DNA of 20,000 nucleotides from an uncultured virus (IMG/VR IMGVR_UViG_3300021197_001946) (Duplodnaviria > Heunggongvirae > Uroviricota > Caudoviricetes): IMG/VR virus record IMGVR_UViG_3300021197_001946. One strand, 5' to 3'. Of this stretch, positions 8,946 to 15,601 are shown piece by piece. The position numbers and the translations under genes are program-made. The notes beneath the pieces were generated by a model. That model ran no database searches, was not told the origin of the DNA, and was given only the letters and a program-made list of their open reading frames with translations. Numbering within the stretch: position 1 is the stretch's first letter; every line of letters starts with the position of its first letter.

Positions 8946-9387
8946 CTCTGCCACTGGCAACTGGGCAACCCCACAAGACTTTTTTGACAAGCTAAGCTGG
9001 CGTTTCGGTCCTTTTGATTTGGATCCTTGCGCAAGCACACACAATACCAAGTGTGCTAACTTCTTTACAAAGGCTGAGAATGGTTTGGAGAAAGATTGGG
9101 AAGGCTTCACCTGTTTTGTTAACCCTCCGTATGGAAGGGGTATTGACAAGTGGATCGAAAAAGGTTACAATGAAGCTATGAAAACTGGCACAAAGGTAGT
9201 TATGCTCATTCCGGCCCGAACCGATACCAAGTATTGGCACAAGTATGTAATGAAGGCATCAGAGATTCACTTTGTGAAAGGTCGCCTAAAGTTTGGTGAC
9301 AGTAAGAATTCCGCACCATTCCCATCAGCAGTCGTAGTATTTGATGGCGGCGATGAATTGTGGAGAGTAGAAGGTATCAACAGATAG
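8914..9387 (+). CDS. Phage-type DNA N6-adenine methyltransferase (phage Dam family)
   Basis: WATPQDFF, FDLDPCA, GLEKDW, FVNPPY, VMLIPARTDT, GRLKF, APFPS are characteristic of short phage N6-adenine MTases; GTG start overlapping the previous gene. Confidence 0.9.
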   Translation: MNKTTQKTMFSSATGNWATPQDFFDKLSWRFGPFDLDPCASTHNTKCANFFTKAENGLEKDWEGFTCFVNPPYGRGIDKWIEKGYNEAMKTGTKVVMLIPARTDTKYWHKYVMKASEIHFVKGRLKFGDSKNSAPFPSAVVVFDGGDELWRVEGINR

Positions 9388-9393
9388 GAGTAT

Positions 9394-9753
9394 ATGATGA
9401 CCGAAGAAGTATTACAATCAGCAATTTTAAGGCTCAAGTCTAGAGCAGTTGAGAGATTTGCAATTATTAAAGACTTATATCACAGGCCTGCGTCAACGGA
9501 GACTGTTGATCAGATCGTTCAACATTCTATTGCGCTGGCACAACTTGAAGGCGCCCTTATCACGCTGCAGCAATACTCTGGCACTCTTGCCAGCCAAACC
9601 GCGGCCGAGGCTGAGTCCAACCAACCAGAGGAACCCACAGAGGTTAATGTTGAAGAAGAGCTTGCAGAAGAAGAGCCCAGCATAGGTCATGATGAGCTTA
9701 TGCAGCGTTCTAAGATGTATCGCGATTCGCAGAAGAGAAGGAAGAAAAAGTGA
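9394..9753 (+). CDS. Hypothetical protein (helical N-terminus, acidic linker, basic tail)
   Basis: 119-aa ORF with SD AGGAG upstream; stop overlaps next GTG start. Confidence 0.7.
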   Translation: MMTEEVLQSAILRLKSRAVERFAIIKDLYHRPASTETVDQIVQHSIALAQLEGALITLQQYSGTLASQTAAEAESNQPEEPTEVNVEEELAEEEPSIGHDELMQRSKMYRDSQKRRKKK

Positions 9754-10025
9754 ATCGCAAACAGAGAAGGGCTTTTGACAAGGCTCAAAAAAAGGCAGAT
9801 GGCAGTTCAAAGATAGCAAACCAAGTTGCACTTTTTGAAAAACTACCAGAAATGTGCCTGACTTGCGAAAAGTCGTTTGATAAAAAAAGTAAAGAGATGG
9901 CAAAAACTTGGAATGTTGTCGTAAAAGACAAGGACACAGTCAGGCTTTATTGTCCTGAATGTTGGAACAGAGCAAATGAAATTATAAAAGAGGTTATGAA
10001 AAATGGTGGAGAGAATAGGGGTTGA
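9750..10025 (+). CDS. Hypothetical zinc-ribbon protein
   Basis: CLTC...CPEC cysteine pairs; Arg-rich N-terminus MNRKQRRA. Confidence 0.7.
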   Translation: MNRKQRRAFDKAQKKADGSSKIANQVALFEKLPEMCLTCEKSFDKKSKEMAKTWNVVVKDKDTVRLYCPECWNRANEIIKEVMKNGGENRG

Positions 10026-10377
10026 AACCCTAAGAAGATTAAAAAACGGTAAGCTTTCTGAAAATGCAACTTGCATTGTGAAGTTTTACTCACAAGAGTG
10101 TCACCTATGTCACGCATTGAAAGATTACTATCAAGACTTAGCAGAATCATACAAAGATGATAGTAAGAATTTATTTTTCTTTGCTTTTAATGTTGATGAT
10201 GTTGAAGGCAATTTAGATAAGATAATCAAAATCAATGGTGTCCCGACGATTGCTAGCTTTCGTGGGGGCCCAAGCCGGAATATTAAAATTAGAGTACTTG
10301 GCGATCCAGAAAAGCCAAATGAAAAAACCTGGTACTACATTAAAGATATTAGAAAATTTATTGAGAGCAGCATATGA
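10003..10377 (+). CDS. Thioredoxin-like protein
   Basis: IVKFYSQECHLCHAL (CxxC after beta strand), FAFNVDD, INGVPTI (cis-Pro motif). Confidence 0.8.
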   Translation: MVERIGVETLRRLKNGKLSENATCIVKFYSQECHLCHALKDYYQDLAESYKDDSKNLFFFAFNVDDVEGNLDKIIKINGVPTIASFRGGPSRNIKIRVLGDPEKPNEKTWYYIKDIRKFIESSI

Positions 10378-11426
10378 TACAAGAAACTAAAAAATACCCT
10401 AACGGGCTTTCCTATGACGACGTGCTACTGAAGCCACAATATTCAGACATACGCTCACGAAGCGAAATTGATATTTCGTCGGCCCTGGGTGACAAGTTAA
10501 AACTTAAGTTACCTATCATAGCGTCACCAATGGATACGGTATCAGAAACTGATATGGCCATTGTCACAAGTCGACTCGGCGGTACCGCAATTATCCATAG
10601 GTATAACACGATACCAGAGCAAATTAACTTAATGAAAAATGCCTATAAAAAAACAAGAATACCGCCTGTTTTTGGTGCAGCCGTCGGTATCTCTGGAGAC
10701 TATCTAGAAAGAGCCTCGGAACTTATCAGGCACGGCGCTCGTATACTGTGCGTGGATGTAGCGCACGGCCATCATATTTTAATGAAGGATGCATTGGCAA
10801 ATATTAAAAAATTACACAAGATTGAAAATGTGCACCTGATGGCAGGCAATGTCGCGACTCTAGAGGGAATCAATGACTTGGCGGACTGGGGAGCAGACTC
10901 GGTTCGATGCAATATTGGCGGTGGCTCGATTTGCTCAACGCGGATTCAGACTGGTCACGGCCTTCCCGGGCTGCAGACGATCCTTGAGTGCGCGCAGACA
11001 GATAGGGATATCAAGATCATTGCAGACGGCGGCATAAAGAATTCGGGGGACATTGTAAAAGCCCTGGCTGCTGGGGCTGATGCTGTTATGGTCGGTTCTC
11101 TACTCTCTGGAACCGACGAGTCTCCCGGAGAGATACTGACGAGCAGAGACGGCTCAAGATGGAAGAGCTATCGAGGTATGGCTTCTAAAGAAGCACAAAT
11201 GGACTGGCGAGGAAAGTACTCCTCTTTCGAGGGTGTTGCCAGTAGAGTGCCATACCGCGGCCCTGTGGAGGCAATTCTGAGAGATCTTGAAAAAGGGATT
11301 AGATCGGGATTCTCATATTCAGGCGCCCGGACCCTACCGGAGCTACACGCCAAAGCAGAATTTATTGTCCAGACGTCGCTGGGATTATCAGAGAGTAAAA
11401 CACACATTTTATCGAGGAACTGGTAA
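10374..11426 (+). CDS. guaB: IMP dehydrogenase / GMP reductase family protein lacking CBS domains
   Basis: [40 protein letters not shown] (catalytic Cys), IIADGGI, YRGMAS, EGV; 350 aa with no CBS insert. IMPDH versus GMPR activity unresolved. Confidence 0.88.
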   Translation: MIQETKKYPNGLSYDDVLLKPQYSDIRSRSEIDISSALGDKLKLKLPIIASPMDTVSETDMAIVTSRLGGTAIIHRYNTIPEQINLMKNAYKKTRIPPVFGAAVGISGDYLERASELIRHGARILCVDVAHGHHILMKDALANIKKLHKIENVHLMAGNVATLEGINDLADWGADSVRCNIGGGSICSTRIQTGHGLPGLQTILECAQTDRDIKIIADGGIKNSGDIVKALAAGADAVMVGSLLSGTDESPGEILTSRDGSRWKSYRGMASKEAQMDWRGKYSSFEGVASRVPYRGPVEAILRDLEKGIRSGFSYSGARTLPELHAKAEFIVQTSLGLSESKTHILSRNW

Positions 11427-11752
11427 TGTCGAATGATATTGAATATGGAAAGCTTACAAAAAGAGTGGTGTTTACCGAGAATGATCACCGGCATGCCCAA
11501 TTGACAATCAGGCTCAAGCACGATAATCTAAGGCAATCAGATTTTTTCAGAAGTATGATAACGGGATATCTAAATAACGATGATAGGATCTTGTCTTATA
11601 TCGATGATGTAAAACCACAATCAAAAACAAGAAAACAAAAATCAAAAAAACTTATCGAGAAGGGGAAAGAAAAACTACAGAATTTCGGACTTAGCGAGGG
11701 AGAGATTTCTAACCTGTTTGATATCATCGAAGAAGGACACCCAGACTTATGA
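11426..11752 (+). CDS. Hypothetical protein, possible ribbon-helix-helix DNA-binding domain
   Basis: KRVVFTENDHRHAQLTIRLKHDNLRQSDFFRSMITGYL fits strand-helix-turn-S-helix RHH spacing; translationally coupled on both sides. Confidence 0.5.
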   Translation: MSNDIEYGKLTKRVVFTENDHRHAQLTIRLKHDNLRQSDFFRSMITGYLNNDDRILSYIDDVKPQSKTRKQKSKKLIEKGKEKLQNFGLSEGEISNLFDIIEEGHPDL

Positions 11753-12012
11753 AACATAAAGATGGATTAAACTTTTGTTCGAGAACCTGCAAGAAAATGA
11801 ACATTGAGTGCCCCAATAAAGACTGTCGCCTGTGGATAGATTTTAAAAACGAGCTAAATTGTACGCTCGTTGCAGTTCACGAAAATGGACCAATGACACT
11901 AAGGCAGATTGCAGACCGGACTGGTGTATCGTTTGCTAGGATTAAACAGATACAAACGAAAGCACTTTTAAAAATTAAAAACAGCAAAATATTAAGTTCT
12001 TTTGAAAATTAA
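11749..12012 (+). CDS. Stand-alone sigma-70 region 4 HTH protein with Cys-rich N-terminus
   Basis: GPMTLRQIADRTGVSFARIKQIQTKALLKIK matches sigma-70 region 4.2 (TLEEIG..FGVTRERIRQIE.KAL.KL); five Cys in the first half; only 87 aa. Confidence 0.8.
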   Translation: MKHKDGLNFCSRTCKKMNIECPNKDCRLWIDFKNELNCTLVAVHENGPMTLRQIADRTGVSFARIKQIQTKALLKIKNSKILSSFEN

Positions 12013-12073
12013 GGAAATATAGAATATATTGCACTATTTATTACTGAGTTTTATAGCTTAAGGAGATTACATA

Positions 12074-12676
12074 ATGGCTCGAAAGACTTTACTAAACGAA
12101 CAAGAGATCCGCAAATTTTTGAAACTTGCTAACATTACAACTGTTGGTGATGATCAAATTCAAGAGATGGGCGGAATTTATAAAAGAGATGATGAGGATG
12201 AGGACCAATCTTTGGAAGAAGAAGATATGGGCCCCGAAGAGGAAGAAGACGCACTCGCCCTCGACGCCGATGTTGGCGATGATATGATGGGTGATGCTGA
12301 AGATATGATGGACGATGCTGAAGATATGATGGGTGATGATATGATGGGTGATGCTGATGAAATGACTCTGTCAGATGATGAAGCTGCCGCAATCATTGCA
12401 TTAGCTGATAAGCTCAAGGCTGCAATGGACGAGCCTGGAGACGAAATGGAAATGGACGACGAAGAAGAATTGGAGCCGGAAGGGGGTGATGAACTTGAAA
12501 TGGCTGCCGATGATGAAGTCGACATGATGGAAGCAGATGAGAACTTGGAAGAATCCGATGAAGATCTGGTTTCTGAAGTTGCACGCAGGGTCGCAGAGAG
12601 ACTGCAGGTAACTAACCAGAAAGAGCAAATGGTCGACGCTCTTGCTGAAAGAATTATGAAAAGACTAACAAAATAA
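12074..12676 (+). CDS. Highly acidic low-complexity protein (possible scaffold or internal head protein)
   Basis: 200 aa; D/E/M-rich core flanked by amphipathic helices (LLNEQEIRKFLKLA; LVSEVARRVAERL; LAERIMKRL); SD AAGGAG 12061-12066. Function is inference. Confidence 0.75.
   Translation: MARKTLLNEQEIRKFLKLANITTVGDDQIQEMGGIYKRDDEDEDQSLEEEDMGPEEEEDALALDADVGDDMMGDAEDMMDDAEDMMGDDMMGDADEMTLSDDEAAAIIALADKLKAAMDEPGDEMEMDDEEELEPEGGDELEMAADDEVDMMEADENLEESDEDLVSEVARRVAERLQVTNQKEQMVDALAERIMKRLTK
12281..12358 (+). repeat. In-frame imperfect tandem repeat (21-nt unit, DMMGDAE)
   Basis: GATATGATGGGTGATGCTGAA, GATATGATGGACGATGCTGAA, truncated GATATGATGGGTGAT, GATATGATGGGTGATGCTGAT. Confidence 0.9.
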
Positions 12677-12677
12677 A

Positions 12678-12706
12678 TTGACAAATCAATCTTAAGCTAT
12701 TATAAT
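12678..12706 (+). promoter_or_regulatory. Perfect-consensus sigma-70 promoter
   Basis: TTGACA (12678-12683), 17 bp, TATAAT (12701-12706), intergenic. Confidence 0.88.
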
Positions 12707-12744
12707 ATAACCACTAGAGCTTGTCTTTAGTGGTTATTTTTTTT
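12707..12744 (+). terminator. Rho-independent terminator-like hairpin
   Basis: ATAACCACTA (12707-12716) pairs with TAGTGGTTAT (12728-12737), extendable by G-U, A-U, G-C around a 5-nt loop; T run 12737-12744. Confidence 0.75.
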
Positions 12745-12754
12745 AGAGGTTAAA

Positions 12755-13141
12755 GTGGAATTTTTACTATACGTTTTGGTATTTTTATTTGGGTATGTGA
12801 CCCATAGAACGTTCTCGACATACAAGAATGCTAAAGCTAGTATCCTATTGTTGCAAAGTTCTGTGGTCGCATCTTTATTGATATTGGCAAGATGCCTACA
12901 AAACTATTCATATGTCAAATCATTCGGAGCCAATCAACTAGAAAAGAAAGAAGCTTCAAGCGAACAAGTGGACAATTATAAGCTACTGATTGACAATGAT
13001 ATAAAGTTTTTCAAAAAATCCTCAGTGTCCCAGATCTTAAAAGACATACCCGAACATTTTTCAACGATTATCGAATTTAACGATTGGGATTCTGCTATGA
13101 AATACTTGGACGACCTAAATACTAAGAGGGGCTTATTATGA
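12755..13141 (+). CDS. Hypothetical membrane-anchored protein
   Basis: GTG start after GAGGT; hydrophobic segments FLLYVLVFLFGYV and ILLLQSSVVASLLILA; stop overlaps ATG of the second clpP. Confidence 0.7.
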   Translation: MEFLLYVLVFLFGYVTHRTFSTYKNAKASILLLQSSVVASLLILARCLQNYSYVKSFGANQLEKKEASSEQVDNYKLLIDNDIKFFKKSSVSQILKDIPEHFSTIIEFNDWDSAMKYLDDLNTKRGLL

Positions 13142-13761
13142 TAAAGAAAATAAAAAACTTGATAAATACGCAGGAAGAACCAAAAATCATCTTGCTAGAT
13201 CCAGGCGCAGGTGGTGGGGGCCCCAAAGAGCCCGACTTGCGAATTGTGGGTCTTTTTGCCGATGTTCACGAAGAAAAAATAGCTGAAATCATCCATAATG
13301 TGTTATTCTTTAACGAGATGAATTTAGAGTCGAAACCAGAAGATAGGAAGGGTGTTAAGTTCTACCTATCAACATATGGTGGAAATGCAGATGATATGTT
13401 TGCTATGTATGATGTGATTAGAAATGTGAGAGACACCACAGAAATTCAAACAATTGGTCTTGGCAAAGTGATGTCAGCCGGTGTGCTACTGTTAGCATCT
13501 GGAACCAAAGGTAAGAGACAGGTAGGTAAGAATTGTCGAATTATGATACATTCGGTAATGGGGGGCAACCACGGATCACTTCACAATATGATGAATGAGT
13601 TGGAAGCAATTGAGCAATTGCAGGATATGTACTGTGACGCTCTCATCTCAGAAACCAAACTCACAAGAGTTAAACTTAAAAAAATGCTGGAACGCAAAGT
13701 GAATGTCTATTTATCGGCAGAAGAAGCAGTCGAATTAGGCATCGCTGATGAAATTATATGA
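13138..13761 (+). CDS. clpP: ClpP-family protease (copy 2, Asn at the triad Asp position)
   Basis: YLSTYGG, GLGKVMSAGVLLLASGTKGKR (Ser), IMIHS (His), VNVYLSAEEAVELGIADEII (canonical RDxF/YLSAxEAxEYGLIDxI). Confidence 0.9.
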   Translation: MIKKIKNLINTQEEPKIILLDPGAGGGGPKEPDLRIVGLFADVHEEKIAEIIHNVLFFNEMNLESKPEDRKGVKFYLSTYGGNADDMFAMYDVIRNVRDTTEIQTIGLGKVMSAGVLLLASGTKGKRQVGKNCRIMIHSVMGGNHGSLHNMMNELEAIEQLQDMYCDALISETKLTRVKLKKMLERKVNVYLSAEEAVELGIADEII

Positions 13762-13771
13762 GGTTTTGTAA

Positions 13772-15547
13772 ATGGGTAATTATTTGAAAGATATGTTTGT
13801 TGAAGTTAGAGAACAGAAAGAGGCTTCCTCTTTGGACGACGTGATTGACAAAGACTTTATTGAAGAAACTAGAAAGATTGATATAAAAACTTTGATCAAC
13901 ATGATTGAAGAAGCGGTTGAAGAGTCGACAGAGACTATTGCCGAAGAGGTCCCCAATATAGGTGCAGCCAGTGATGATGAGGCAATCGAAATGATCCTGA
14001 AAATGATACCAAACATAGAGGTGTCAGAAATCGGATGGTCAGATGTGCGCACCCCTGACGAGGCCGACGAAAAAGAAATTAAAGGACCACAAAGACAGTT
14101 GCTTGAAGGCTACTTAAGCAACATTCAAGGCTCTGACTTTGCTGATAAGATTAGGAGCGTATCACAATTCTACACGAATGGTATCAGTATGGTTGAGGCT
14201 CAAGCAGGTGATGAAAGAACTAAAAGAATTTCGCAAGCTATCTCTTACCTTGTGTTTTATAAAACTTTAACAAAAGTTATCACAAACTTTAACGCGTCGT
14301 CTGCGGGCTTTAGCTTCGAATCGTTCTTAGCGGCACTCGTAAATGGCTATCAGATTCCAGCCAATACAGGCACAATTGCCGACTACGTAGACAGATCTAC
14401 TGGCGAAGAAATCCCAGTCAGCCTTAAACTATACAAAGAGGGTAACCTAGAGGTTGGTGGTAGTTACACAGATCTTGTAAGAGATCTAGTCGATCCCAAA
14501 TGGCCTGGCGCCATTGGTGGAGCAATGCGCTACGTCGTTTGCACGAAGACTCTATCTGGCGACGATCTAGAACAAGAAGGGCGCATTGATTTCTATCAGT
14601 TTGATATTAGCCTCAAGAACGTTATGAACATCATTGCTAACTCGAAACAGAGATCACAGGAGTGTATTAGGATACCCAAGCAGATTGCTAGCGCGCTGAA
14701 ATCCGGTAGGGTAGATGGTGTTAGTATGGCAGATACACTCCCCGGTGAGGCCAACTTACCAAGTGATGAGGATTTAGAAAAGATATTTATAAAATATCTT
14801 GACGAGGCTTTCAAGATGAAGGGCATTTCTTTGTCGCAAATGCAAACTAACGATATTCTGCAAGGTATCGACTATGGAAAAAAAGATGAAATGTTTAATG
14901 ACTGGGTTCAACAGATAGGCGAAGATAAAGTAAACAAGGGTGTTGTTCGTGGACGCTCCACTCTTAACAAAGATAAGCTAAGGCAATTGCTACAAAATTT
15001 TGACTGGATGCCCGTGCAAAACGATCAGGGTCAGGTAGTTAGTGATTATTACTTAGCAGGATACATTATCGCAGCCAATAACGCCGTCATTGGCGACCAA
15101 AAGAAACAAAAACTAGCAGACAAGCGCAATCAGGAGATTAGGCGTATGGTTGCCGAAGGTGAATTTTTAAGCCCCGAAGAGTCAGCAAAAGCATACACTG
15201 ATATGGGTGACCGCCAAAAAAGGGTTGCGTTGGAAAATAGTTGGGGCTATCTCACAAGGGGCCATTTTTCTCTTAATCAAAAACAAGCCTTATCTCAAGG
15301 GCCCCCCACGAGCACACTGAACCTAGGCTCTATTAATGTTGGTCGCGAAGAGGTTGCGAAGGTGGTCGGCAATATTAGAGACATCCTGAACGAAGAAGTA
15401 ATGGAGATTTTCCAATCACTTAAGATTCTTTCGGACAGTTTAAATACATTCTTTGCTGGCGGTCTGTCAGATGATTCGCTGGCTAGTGCGTCCATTGACA
15501 ATGCTAACAACATCAGTTCGAAAGAAATTTTAAAATCTGACAAATAA
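13772..15547 (+). CDS. Large hypothetical protein with acidic N-terminus and PD-(D/E)XK-like motif
   Basis: 591-aa ORF, GAGGT SD; AGFSFESFLAAL...TIADY...PVSLKLY resembles a restriction-fold nuclease core. ORF solid, function tentative. Confidence 0.7.
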   Translation: MGNYLKDMFVEVREQKEASSLDDVIDKDFIEETRKIDIKTLINMIEEAVEESTETIAEEVPNIGAASDDEAIEMILKMIPNIEVSEIGWSDVRTPDEADEKEIKGPQRQLLEGYLSNIQGSDFADKIRSVSQFYTNGISMVEAQAGDERTKRISQAISYLVFYKTLTKVITNFNASSAGFSFESFLAALVNGYQIPANTGTIADYVDRSTGEEIPVSLKLYKEGNLEVGGSYTDLVRDLVDPKWPGAIGGAMRYVVCTKTLSGDDLEQEGRIDFYQFDISLKNVMNIIANSKQRSQECIRIPKQIASALKSGRVDGVSMADTLPGEANLPSDEDLEKIFIKYLDEAFKMKGISLSQMQTNDILQGIDYGKKDEMFNDWVQQIGEDKVNKGVVRGRSTLNKDKLRQLLQNFDWMPVQNDQGQVVSDYYLAGYIIAANNAVIGDQKKQKLADKRNQEIRRMVAEGEFLSPEESAKAYTDMGDRQKRVALENSWGYLTRGHFSLNQKQALSQGPPTSTLNLGSINVGREEVAKVVGNIRDILNEEVMEIFQSLKILSDSLNTFFAGGLSDDSLASASIDNANNISSKEILKSDK

Positions 15548-15550
15548 GCC

Positions 15551-15579
15551 TTGACAAAATCACAATTTGTGATTATAAT
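15551..15579 (+). promoter_or_regulatory. Perfect-consensus sigma-70 promoter for groEL with a palindromic spacer
   Basis: TTGACA (15551-15556), 17 bp, TATAAT (15574-15579); AATCACAA-T-TTGTGATT inverted repeat at 15558-15574. Confidence 0.88.
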
Positions 15580-15601
15580 ATAATATAACTCTGAGGTATC
15601 A

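Noticed and set aside
12281..12358. Tandem repeat as a possible CRISPR array
   Set aside because: Units are contiguous without unique spacers, in frame within a CDS, and no cas genes are present.
12135..12684. Minus-strand Ser-rich (168 aa) and His-rich (85 aa) ORFs
   Set aside because: Antisense shadows of the GAT/GAA-rich acidic gene; their composition is explained by the + strand codons.
15548..15601. CIRCE element upstream of groEL
   Set aside because: TTAGCACTC-N9-GAGTGCTAA is absent; the palindrome present is a different sequence.
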